The notes under the pieces: model-generated
Told to the model about the DNA's origin: nothing
What the model saw: only the letters and a program-made list of their open reading frames with translations
The model's database searches: none
DNA from: Nageia nagi
Taxonomy: Eukaryota > Plantae > Pinophyta
Assembly: GCA_050084985.1 (NCBI GenBank)
Contig: JBITNC010000002.1
Coordinates: 28,396,001 to 28,460,000, forward strand
Reading direction: 5' to 3'
DNA: 64,000 nucleotides
Part shown: positions 52,527 through 64,000 of the stretch, piece after piece
How positions within the stretch are numbered: position 1 is the first letter of the stretch
How the letters are laid out: each line of letters opens with the position of its first letter
Translations under genes and position numbers: made by a program

Positions 52527-55500
52527 TGTGATGGTCCAAAATGAACCTCAAACCAAATATCAGTAAACAATAATCAAATACACAAACTAGGGTTTCCAAC
52601 ACCCCTCAAAAATGCAAACCCTACACCAACGTTAGCCCTCTAGGTAAACAACAACACTACAAGCCTGATGTCAGCCACCTAGGGCTTCCAATCACACCAA
52701 ACACCCAACAATTGCTTACAATGATGAATTAATGAATTACATACATCCACAATGTCTATACTGGAAAACTAACATAAACAAACACCACAACAATGCCACA
52801 TGTACAAACAAGGAACCAAGATGCTCAACAATGCCACAGGAATAGAATTGATAACACAAGGCTGAGATCCAATGCCCAATGACTTGTATTATGATAGGAA
52901 ATGAGCTGCAATACAAAACCTTGCTCCAAGAGCTAGACGTTGGCCTCTCAGGAGCCAACTAGGGCAAAACCACTGAGAGATCCACACTGCAATCTACCAA
53001 ACCACAGGATTAGATCCATCCCCTAAGATCTCGATTCCTCTCCATTGAAGGAGCCCTCCTCGAACCCTAGCGATGAACTAAATGGTAGAGATGCATCCTC
53101 GGAATGCAATTGGAATGGGCTTGGTGACCCACCAAAGCCGTAGATAGTCAGGGATCCCAACGCCTACCTACCCTCTAGACAACCTGCTTAGGATGTGTTG
53201 CTTAGCACCACTAAGTCTTCTGCTCGAAGGTCTGGTATCAAAAAATATAATCAACAATCTATCTAAGCAATGAGGCCCTCATGTCTATTTATACTTTCCT
53301 TACGTCCGAAGCTCACCTCGAAATCATCCCAAGCCCCTCTTAATCCAACGTTGGGGTCAAGGTGGTCAAACTAGCCAACCTAGGGTCATAAAGGCCCTTT
53401 ATGCTGACATGGGGGTCATAAAGGCCCTTTATGCTGACATGGGGGTCTTGGAGTGCTCAAGTGCCAATGTGGGAGTGTGGGACCATCCCCAACGTAGTGC
53501 AATCATGTTGAAATCCGTCCAACCCATAAACACATACATAGACATCAGGATTCCCACAATCCGAGATCTCCGTACAACTCAAGTCAAAACTACTACTCAG
53601 GAGGGAGATGTCCCACTTGGGCTCACAGTAGATTCCACAAGACCCATTATTATTCCTATCCTGAGTTACAATGAAGTACATGAAATTACACTATACTGAT
53701 ATATTACAATATGACCCAATGGGTCCCATTACATATTCAAGGGAAGTCACAAAGCTTCCCTTCTCAAATTGTTTGCCCTCAAGCAATGGCAAGAGATCGT
53801 AGCATATTGTCTTCCAAGAATCCTTTGATGCAATCGATTGAAGCATGCAATGGTGGAAGATAGATGTAACTTGCATCAACTCAGATAGCCGTGAAACTCC
53901 AAATCCTGGTATCTCAGTGAGTTGCAGACATTCAGGTTTGTTGTAACTATTCCTCCTAAATACATGCTCCAAGAGGAAACTTCGTAACCATGGAAGTGCA
54001 TGCACTCCTATGCTGAATTGTACCTGCAAAATCCTGGAAAAGATAATTGTTAGTGCAAAATAGGCAAGCCCTAAAGCCTCTTCAGAGAACAGATTCTCCT
54101 TAGCAACTTCAAGACTCTCATCAGTCATCTTGGCCACATCAAGCCTCAAATGTAATGATACCAATCTCTTCAGTTCCTAATGTGGGGTTCCAACCCTCCT
54201 GAACACCCAACGTGGCCCATCCATCCTTTTGTATGCCCCACGTGGTATGCCAAACTCTCCAGAAATTCAACATGGGTAATTTGGGTACCTGCATACCCAA
54301 CGTCAGCTGCCAAGCCTCCAATGGATCTAACGTGGGGGCCTCAGCTCTCCATGCTACAACGTGAGCCTTCTTGGTTCCTCAGTCAGTGACGCAACCTTTC
54401 TAGCAACCTCCTCTTTCGTCCCACACCACTCAATTATCTCCAAGAGACTGTTATCTACTTGTGGACTGTTCTCCTGTATACCCTACAATGTATGCACTCT
54501 ACCATCTACTTCGAAACTCATTGTGAGTCTCTGATAGTTGGTATGAATATCACCCAAATCGAACAGCCACTGCACTTCAAGGATGATATGGGGATGTCCC
54601 TTCAATGGATAGAGGTAAAAGTCCACTCTTACCACATAGCTCTGCAACCTCACCCCAAACTGCTCTAATATGTGATCCAACAGCATGAGTTTCCCATTGG
54701 CATTGGAAACTTGGAATCCTTCGAATCCCTTAGTCTTCAAGTTTTTTCTTTTGGCAAAGCTAATATCAATGGAATTGTGGGATGCTCCAGGGTCAATCAT
54801 CACCATCACATCATGTCCACATGCTTGTCCCACAATCTTCAATGTTAGGAACTTCTTCACTCCATGGAGGGAAGAGATCATGTTCCCTAATGTGCCCTTA
54901 GTTTGCAGTAATTCGAACTCTTCCATACCTGTACCCAATTCCAAATCCAAATCTTCTAAGTCTCTATCTGGCAATACCTCAATGAAGTGCACTTGTCCCT
55001 TCCCCAAACAACGATGCCTAGGCTCCCAAGACTTCTTGCAATGAAAAAACTTGCCCTCATGCCTCAACTTCTTCCTAGTAGCTACCTCTAACTGGTCCGT
55101 CCTGGATGATTGAGGCAACTTAGCCTTGCTAGGCCCCTCCATGATTGTTTTCCGGTTTACCATCCCCTTGGCAATCGGTCCTCCCCTAAGGGATTTGAGA
55201 ATGACCTCTAAATCGTAAGCTGCTCTAATTGCAACATCAAGGTTCCTTGGAGAGGACACCTTGACCATCCCCCTCAATGGTTCCGCCAAACCCTTGATGA
55301 AGAGGAAAGTCAATCTCACTTCCAGAATGTGATGGATCATAACGATCAACCTCTAAAACTCTGTCACAAACTCATCTACTACCTCTGTCTGTCTCAAAGT
55401 AATCAAATCTCGGAAGTAATCATTTTCTTTCTTCCAATTGAATCTCTTCACTATCCTCCTAGTGAACTCATCGAATGAAGTGATGAGTGCATACCCTTGG

Positions 55501-57872
55501 CTGATCACCCATGTCGCCACCACTCTAAGGCATCACCATCCAAATGTAATGATGCAAAGTTAACTGCATACTCCTCCACCATGCTAGGGTTTAGAGTGAA
55601 GTATGTCTACAGTTGGTGCAGCCATGCCCTAGCCGTCATTTTCTTCTCATCAAACATAGGAACCTACATTTTATTGATCTTGTACTGTAGATCCCTCTTA
55701 TCTTCCCACTGACCTCTTGAATGTCATTGGCCCTATGTGTAGCCACCCTTCAGCCCCAATAGCTCTAAGTAACCATTAAAGCCAACATAGTGTATTCTCT
55801 AAAGATCTTATTCAATTCTAACGGACTAGTTGCTTTGCTCTTTGAAGCCTCCCTAGCCTTTTGTGCAAATATCGGCCTGAACGGTCTCGGAATTACTGAT
55901 TGCTCTTCCAATTTCCCAACGTCCTCCTCCAAGTACATCCCTGCTGGGGCACACAATGTGAATGGGATCTCTGAAATTTGGCTTATGGCTGATCCATCGA
56001 TCCATGGTAAGTGGACTCCCTATTCATGCTCCTCGTCCTCCTCAGGCTAGGCTCGTAATTTGTCTGGTCTTCATCAAAAGACTCATCTCTGTCATTTCCA
56101 GCCGATCGTGGGTCACTTGACCTCCCCTAGCATGACGTGGTGTCTCATGGCTCTCCCTAGCCTGGCGTGGGTCCTCTCTCTCACCCCTAGCCCCACGTGT
56201 ATGGTGTCTACCTCCCTTGGTTGGTCGTGGGTCCTCTAGGTCCTTCGAATCATGGCGATGAACCCTTGGCTCTCCTCTGCCATGTCGTCTATGTCTTCCT
56301 GTCGCTTCAGGCTCTTCAGGTTCTCCCAAAAACCTGGATAACTTTTGGGTCAAGTTGTTCACATCCTTGGACTTGCTGTGCATAGCCGACATCATCACAT
56401 TGAATTTTCGTTCAACAGTGGATTCCTATTTTGGAGTGGGATTCCTCGGACCCAATCTATGTCTCTCTCTTTGCACCTCATGGGCAGCACCTTCATCACC
56501 AAATAACCTTTCCTCTGCGGAATCATTGGCCCATTGCTATCTCTCCTCATTCAAGATGGCCCGATCCGATGCCTCCTCAGATCTACTGCTCTTCCTAGCA
56601 AACGTCATCTTCTTGCTGGATCAGGTGTAATAACAACGAATCTTGGGTCTCATGCACAAGCTTGCAGGATCCAAGCTCTGATACCACTTGTGATGGTCCA
56701 AAATAAACCTTAAACAAAATATCAATAAACAATAATCAAATACACAAACTAGGGTTTCCAACACACTCAAAAATGCAAACCTTACACCAACATTGGCCCT
56801 CTATGGAACACAACACTACAAGCCTGATGTCAACCTCCTAGGGCTTCCAATCACACCAGAGACCCAACGATTGCTTACAATGATGAATTAATGAATTACA
56901 TACATCCACAATGTCTATACAAGAAAACTAACATAAACAAACACCACAACAATGCCACATGTACAAACAAGGAACCAAGATGCTCAACAATGTCACAAGA
57001 ATAGAATTGATAACACAAAGCTGACATCCAATGCTCAACGACTTAGATTATGATAGGAAATGAGCTGCAATACAAAACTTTGCTCCAAGAGCTAAACATT
57101 GGCCTCATAAGAGCCAACAAGGACAAAACCACTAAGAGATCCTCACTGCAATCTACTGAACCACAGGATTAGATCCACCCCCTCAGACCTTGATTCCTCT
57201 CCACTGAAGGAGCCCTCCTAGAACCCTAGCGACCAAATGAATGGTAGAGATGTATCCTTGGAATGCCACCGGAATGGGCTTGGTGACCCAAAAAAGTCAT
57301 AGATAGTCATGGATCCCAACGATTGCCTACCCTCTAAACGCCCTGTCTAGGATGTGTTGCTTAGCACTGCTAAGTCTTCTGTCCGAAGGTTTGGTACCAA
57401 AAAATATAATCTAAGCAATGAGGCCCTCATGTCTATTTATACTCTCCTTATGTCCGGAGCTCACCTCAAAATCATCCCAAGCCCCTCTTAATCCAACGTT
57501 AGGGTCAAGATGGTCAAACCAGCCAATGTGGGGGTCATAAAGGCCCTTTATGCTAACGTGGGGGTCCTAGAGTGCTCAAGTGCCAACATGGAAGTGTGGG
57601 CCACTCCCCAACGCAGTGCAATCATGTTGAAGTCCAATCAACCCACAAACACATACATAGACATCGGGATTCCCACAATCTAGAATCTCTGTACAACTCA
57701 CAAGCCAAAACTACTACTTAGGAGGGAGACGTCCCACTTGGGCTCACAGTGGGGTCCATAGGACCCATTATTATTCCTGTCCTGAGTTACAATGAAGTAC
57801 ATGAAAACACACTATTTTGATATATTACAAGATGACAATGGGTCCCATTACATATTCAAGGGGGGCGTCACC
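52527..57872 (-). mobile_element. Non-autonomous Gypsy E4 (gag, protease and chromodomain-tail remnant), 5,346 bp
   Basis: LTRs 52527-53751 and 56689-57872, PBS 56674-56686, perfect TSD ATAAT. ORF 54483-55349 has CKKSWEPRHRC and MIDPGASHNSI. No RT or integrase. Confidence 0.9.
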
Positions 57873-60800
57873 ATAATGTGCTCAAACCCTTTGTGTGGTG
57901 GTAGCCCCTTGGTCATATCCCCAAAAACATGCTGGCATTTTTACAGGATCTCTTGGATCTTATCAGGGGGAGTGATTTCTCCTTTGTGGGTGGACATGGG
58001 CCTGCCTTTGATCATGAGAAAGGCGGCACCATAAATCATGTCTCCCTTTTGGTCCTTCTCCATCTTGTGCGTAGATACTAATTGTGGAAGAACTTCCATT
58101 CATCCTACCATCAGTTTTCCCCTATGTGAAATTCTCCTTTCACCATTCTGCTTCCGTCTCAACCCAACGTCCTTCAGATATGGCCATCTCGATTCCTCCC
58201 TTCGATTCTCCTTACTAGGACATGATGCATGAGGTTCCTTGTTGACTTTTTGTGCAAACACTTCCCTCTTGGTATCCTCCAACAACGTAGCTCTTTGAAT
58301 GGCCTCCTTGAGCGTGGGGGGTGAGAATGCCTTAGTGAGGCTTTTCAATGGCTCCTTCAACCCTTCCATGAACAAAGATGTTAACTCCCTTTGCGAAATA
58401 TGGGTGATCATGGCAACGTTTTGTTGAAAATCCTAGATATAGGGCTCCAACTTTGTTTGTTGCGTTACAGCTACCAGATCCACAAAATATTCTTCATACC
58501 TCATATCAAATCGATCCAGAATTCGTTGGCTGAATTCTTCGAATGTGCAGATGAAGCTATGGTCGTGGGTGTCTTCCTCATGGCACCACCAATCATGCAC
58601 CATCCCATCCAACTGGATGATGGCAATCTTAACAGATTCAGCCTCTCTTTACCTATTGGGGGCAAAGAAAGCCTTCAATTTACTCACCCAAAACCTAGTC
58701 GTAGGGTTACCTTCACCATTGAATTTAGGGATTTTGTCAAAACCCCTAATATTTTCTTGCATCGTTTGTGGCTTTGGTGTTTCCTAGTTCAAGGTTTCCC
58801 CAATACTCCTGAGAACTAACCCCTTTTCTGAAGGCTTTCAAATTCTTCTAGTAGATTGGATCCAACAAATAATGTGGCCATGGAGATGGAGGTGGCCGCT
58901 GTGATCGACGACCATGGATGCTTGGCGTACAACCCCTTATTCTCCCAACATCTCCCTCTTCTTGCACAACATCTTGATGATCCAACTCCTTGAGTAGTTT
59001 CTTCATGATCTCCATGGTGGCCTCTATTTTTCCATACTAATTACAGATTTGAAAGGCTTGCTCCTTTCCATCTTCATAGGATGGCAAGATCAAGCTCTGA
59101 TACCATTGTAATATGACAAACTATTCTTCGTTCCAAATTTATTAAGCAATTAGCAAATTAGCAAGAAATGAAATAAATCTAACATTCACACCACAAAAAT
59201 ATACCAACGCATAACAAAAATGGGGGAGAAATGCCAACGTCTCAATATTAAGCATGAAATGAGTAGAATACAACCACAATAGCCCAAGAGGGTTGATGTG
59301 TCGCTCAAGGGACCAAATCTTGGGCAAATACTCCTCAAATGCTGATTGGAAGCTGACGTCTCACTGCTAGGGCCTTCAACCCCCAAAACTGACTGCAAGT
59401 CTGATGTGGACTGAAGGTTTTTTTCCTCAACCATGACCTAGTGAGGGCTACATCCCACTAACTCCTCCAAGTTGGGTTTACATCCAACTAGAGGCCCAAG
59501 AGATGGCGTTGCCACTCCAAAGATAGAACATGTCAAAATAGCTCAATGATGCATCCATAATGTTGCGCCAACCATATAAGTAGGAATCCTCCAAGGTTGG
59601 GCGCTCACACACCCCTCAAGGTGATGTCATGCTTGGGCGTCTGGATTGTGCCTCAAAATCACACCAAACCATGCACCTAGCCTCTAATCATGGGTTGTAC
59701 CTTGGGATCCACATTATGACACTTAAATGATCCTAAACTACTCTTAGGAGGGAGACGTCCCACTTAGGGCTCGCAATTGGTCCATGCGACCTATGTCTCT
59801 TGTCCTAAGTTACAATGATGCCTAATTACACATGCAATAAATAAATAAACACTCCTAAATACAAAATCACTGCTAAGGGATATGTCCAATAGAAACGGGA
59901 CGTTACAATAGCACATAATCCTAAAAAAGCCAACATTCTACAATGCCATCCCAAAATAGTAAAATACAAATGCTCTAGTCCATGACTTCCATAATTGGCC
60001 TTGATTAGCTAGAATTTTCATGCATTAGTTCTCATATCATCCAAAATCAAAATCATCTAGATCTATCATCTTATTGTAGCTAGGGCTCGCCCCTGACGAT
60101 CACACATCCATCAACAAGTTTCTAGACCTCAACTCTTTAGATAAATCTTCTCCTTATCTTCTCTTACAAATTTCCATAATCTTAATTGTTATATCTTATC
60201 TACATTTTGCATATTGTTAGTAATCTATTTCTCATCTTATCCACATTTGAGAATTTATTTTAATACATGTTCATTTATTTGAATATACGAACCACCCATG
60301 ATCTAATAAGACTTTCAAAAGCTATACTACAAAAGACATATGGTGATTCACCTTCTTTTGGAACTTGTTACTCAAACACCCCATGACCGACTTCCAAAAG
60401 CTATACTACAAAAGACTTATGGTCATTCATCTTCTTTCGAAACTTGCTATTGCAGTTTCAAAACTAGTTTATAGAGGATAAATTTATGGGCAAAGTCTAT
60501 GTGAGGAAAAATTATCACAATCATATACCACTTCCTTTCATACAGAATTTGTGTGCTTTTCACCAAAGTATGACCTATGTTTATCTTCATGGTATTCTGT
60601 GTTCAACTTTATAAAATTTCTCAGCTTGATTGATTCTTTATCACAGGGAAACTTACATGTATGTGTGCATGGTAATACAAATTTATGTTAACTGCATTTT
60701 TAATATAGGCTTGTTTAAATTCTCCAATAATACACAAATTACTTCATCTCAATACAAATTCCCCAATTAACAGCTCCATGCATGAGGTTTGGGACCTCCC

Positions 60801-61707
60801 CCATGAACTATTAAGTAAATGAAAAGATGCAACCAGCTAAGGATCCAAACTATTCTAATTCTTGCAAAATGTACATGAAGGAGATTCTGAAAGAAGAAAT
60901 GCAGAGCTTGCAGGAGGTTATCCATAACAAGATGGATTTCAAGATGGAAGAAATAAGAAAGAAGATGCATTGACAGCTCCACCATCTTCATGCAACTATA
61001 TGCTACATCAACCTGCATTTTGGGGACATTTGCGAACTGACGAATGAAATCCATGAAATGCTGATGAGGATCAACAAGAATTTAGCAACACTAAAGCAAG
61101 AAAATTGGAATAAGAAGAATAAGCTCAATAATACTCATAAACCTATGGAGGTTAGAGTTCGTCATAGCAGAAGTTCATCCACAGCTTTGTCCCTAAATGT
61201 TTTTGAAGGATGACTCTGAAACCACAAAGCAAGGTAGCCAAGCTCTACAAGTATGAAGGGAACTACCCATGTCCTATGTTGTGTGGATGTGCTGTGGAGA
61301 ATCTACAGCTGAAAAAGCAAATGCAGAAGTTGATGGAGAGATGGAGGCAAAGAACACTCTGGCATGTGGTGAAGAGGGTAAATGAAAATGGAAATTTGTG
61401 TTCTTTAGTTATCTGTGATATGAAACCTTAAAGTTTGAATAGGATGTTGGTAGTATAGGTGGGGCCTGCAATGCTTTATGCTAGCCTTTATTTTTTATCT
61501 TTTCATAGTATGGCCATATGATATATCTGGCATTCATGTGGTGAAATTGTCAGATATCCTCCAAGAGATCTTTTGTAACTATTTTACCCAAGTAATACAA
61601 GTTTTTGCCTGTCTTAAAAAAATGTAACCTCAACAGTGTTTTTCATTTATAAATTGGAACATAACTGAAACTTATTTACAATTTATAAAAGCAGTAAGAA
61701 AATATAC

Positions 61708-61889
61708 CAATTGGTTCTAAATTACTGGCTTCAATTGTTGCTGTCACATCACCAATGCACTCCATTGTGGATGTCATCAAGGCAAACAACAGTGGCAAAA
61801 CTGCTGGAACATAGACTTTCAAAGGGAATGTATGCACCCAAAGGAAGGTCACCCAATCAGCATTTGCTATCTTTGTGCCAGTCACATAC
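61708..61889 (-). CDS. UapA/UapC-like NAT/NCS2 xanthine/uric-acid permease, internal exon (TM7-TM8); upstream exons lie beyond the window
   Basis: Encodes YVTGTKIANADWVTFLWVHTFPLKVY...TMECIGDVTATIEASNLEPI-G, which has the ECIGD TM8 motif. Acceptor TTTGCAG precedes 61889 and donor GTATAT starts at 61707. The phase-1 junction fits the exon ending at 5990. Confidence 0.92.
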
Positions 61890-62021
61890 CTGCAAACCAA
61901 TATAAGTATCAACTATATACAAAAAAAATAAAGAAGGTGGAATCCCTTGTTATTTGGGTTTGAAAATTGGAAGATTGCAATAACAATCAAATGAGTTAGT
62001 ACTCCTGTCATGTAATTAGAT

Positions 62022-64000
62022 CCCCACGCCTCTATACCATAAAGCACCATCGAGGTAACTAGAGTGTGGAAGAGCTGCAATTTGGACTGGATGTCTTGAA
62101 AGTGAAGCTGAACACATTGTCTCTCCATAGTGTTGACCACCGCATATCCTCGATTGACTCGAGTGGAGCTCACCCTCCTCGTAGAGAACCTAGGGCCTAA
62201 GAAGAGCACACCCAGGTATGTGTAAGAGGTGGTGGACTCTATAGTACCATCTTTGAAGATGATCTGGGTTTGGTGAAATGTTGCCTTTGAGATGTTAAAA
62301 GCCAAAACCTTAGTCTTGCTAAGGTTCACTGTAAGCTCTTGCTGAGCACTAAAAGAATCTAGAACATGGACCAAGTCCTGAAGACCCTCAGCTAAGTGGG
62401 AGAAGAGCACAATGTCATCCACAAAGAGGAGGATAGGTACTCGACTACCATGAAGGAGACAATCCAAACCAAGATCCATACTCTCTAGGATGGAAGCCTC
62501 TAACTCATTTATGTAGAGCCCAAACAAAGTCAGGGAAAGGAGGCATCCCTGCTTCACCCCAATCATGTTGAGGACACTATCTAAGAGTCCATCAGAAGTG
62601 CAAATGCGAACTGAAAGGGTCTCGTACAATGTTATTATGGCTGTGAGATCAATCTCCAAAACTCCTAGTCATCTGAGTCGATCCATAAGTTTGTGCCGAG
62701 GGACGATGTCAAAAACTTTTCTGAAGTCCATAGAACAACAAAAGATGAGGGACTTTCGGAATCTGGCCTCTTCTATGATTTCTCAAAGGGTAAAAGTATG
62801 ATCTATGGTGCGATGATCTCATCGGAAACTTGTCTGCCCTCCTGCTTTAAACCCTTTATAAGCCAATTGAGAAAAGTAACCCTCAAGGACAGTAGCATAA
62901 AGCTTGGCCAAGGTGTGACCAATCATGATGGTACGGTAGTTGCTCGGCTCTCAAGGTTACCGGATTTGAAAATAGGATGGATGATGTTTGTGGTCCAAGA
63001 GGCATGGAAACCAGAGTAGATGACATTATTGAAGAGCGTGGAAAGAAAGGACGAGAGGGTGAATTTGGCATGCTTAAGGAGTTTAGCCTGGAGGTTCTTG
63101 ATGTTGGGAGCTTTGCATAAACTAAGCTTTTTGATGGCATTATGGATGAGGGGGGGGGGGGGGGTGGGGGGGGAAGAAATATGAAGTAGGGGCATGAAGG
63201 AAGTAGGTGGGTGCTTTTTGGTGGGGGGCAATGTAAAGTTGGGAGGCGTACTTCGTCCAAGCATGGAGGGAGATGGAGCTTCGGATGTGCTTTTTAGGAG
63301 GGAAGGGGGGAGGGCAAGGAATATGGGTTAAGGGAGAGAATGACAAGTTAGCATGGTCGACCAGAGGAAGGCAAGGGGCCACACGTAAAGAATGAAGATG
63401 TGTATTGAGGGAGGAGCTAGAGAGGATGTAGTCTACTATGCTAAAGCCTCCTGCGTGGGGGAAACAGGTATGGTGACGAAACTAAGAAAACCAAGCAATT
63501 CCATTGAGGATCAAGAGGTCATGCGTCTCACCAAGTTCGAGTAGGAACCTACTATAACCTGAGGGGGGGGCGAATCTGCAAAGTCAATGCTACTATCATA
63601 GTAATTGTGTCTAAACACTCCCTGTCCTACCATTAAAGTAACCTAACAACAAGATCTCTCCTTGAATGGAGTACCTAGTGATCTCTGGATACAAGTCAAG
63701 GTAAGGGGACTCGCTTCATGAATGGCATAGATCGAAGACGCCAACAAGTAGCATCCAGTGATGAAGATCTCTTACGAGGTGGAGCCCTCGCAAGTGATAT
63801 CCAAATGTAGTAAGTGAGGGTGTCAGTACCCTCAACTCATATCCTAGAAAGTAAGTGATCTCTGATCAGAAAGGCCACTCCTTCTGAACCCCGACTCCTT
63901 ATGCCTATGCTGTAAAAGGATCTATAAGTATAAATCAAAGTGTACCCTGAAAAGAGGGGGAGCCCCTTAACCAAACTCTCATGCGTCTGTGAAAAAAATG
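62022..64000 (-). mobile_element. Decayed LINE (non-LTR retrotransposon) ORF2, 3'-truncated, in the upstream intron
   Basis: GVKQGCLLSLTLF, LLFVDDIVL, YTYLG and YGIEAWG are present, with W....IHPIFKSG and endonuclease-like VDYILSS upstream. Confidence 0.88.

Larger units (their letters stand above)
36048..59907 (-). mobile_element. Gypsy chromovirus element E2 with both LTRs; decayed; three direct nested insertions
   Basis: LTRs 36048-36845 and 59107-59907, PBS 59093-59105, PPT 36846-36855, TSD TTAGC/ATAGC. Chromodomain ~36860-37030 (VKWKDLPEEDAT), integrase 37050-38250, RNase H 38280-38760, RT 51750-52520 (MCIDYRVLN, VFFDDILIYS) and gag 58100-58800. Confidence 0.92.
5991..61707 (-). other. 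55,717-bp GT-AG intron of the permease gene, filled with transposons
   Basis: G|GA gives Gly in frame across the junction. The joined peptide EASNLEPIGSEFEKSVQGAVLADG is colinear with the NAT TM8-TM9 loop, leaving no room for a missing exon. Confidence 0.88.

Noticed and set aside
53691-54164. 157-aa ORF as a host gene
   Set aside because: It is internal to E4, runs into its LTR and ends in a chromodomain-tail remnant.
63140-63320. G-runs / poly-proline ORF as a functional G-quadruplex or protein
   Set aside because: It lies within the decayed LINE ORF2 linker, consistent with homopolymer expansion.

Overview
Eukaryotic, AT-rich, CpG-depleted plant nuclear DNA. The TGTAATGTCCC-type chromoviral Gypsy LTRs and the giant intron suggest a gymnosperm-like large genome (inference). 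The only host gene is the 3' part of a minus-strand NAT/NCS2 purine permease closely resembling fungal UapA/UapC, with exons at 61708-61889, 5529-5990 and 5263-5378. Its 55,717-bp intron (5991-61707) is filled with nested, mostly decayed transposons: Copia and Gypsy elements, eight solo LTRs (a ninth lies downstream of the gene), gag-protease-only elements, a hAT and a hAT MITE. A LINE lies in the next intron upstream. The most unusual object is a ~2.13-kb CpG-rich, non-coding insert (26448-28578) inside the hAT. Its two ends, joined on the minus strand, rebuild the CRESS-DNA rolling-circle origin nonamer TAGTATT^AC, and it sits in a nonamer-like target (CACTATT^AT). It carries two palindrome-rich tandem arrays, a TATA box with a canonical intron but no ORF, and a hairpin-adjacent internal segment that matches both flanks of its own insertion site. 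It is a candidate non-autonomous HUH/rolling-circle element, possibly guide-targeted. All boundaries were read by eye and no database searches were run.
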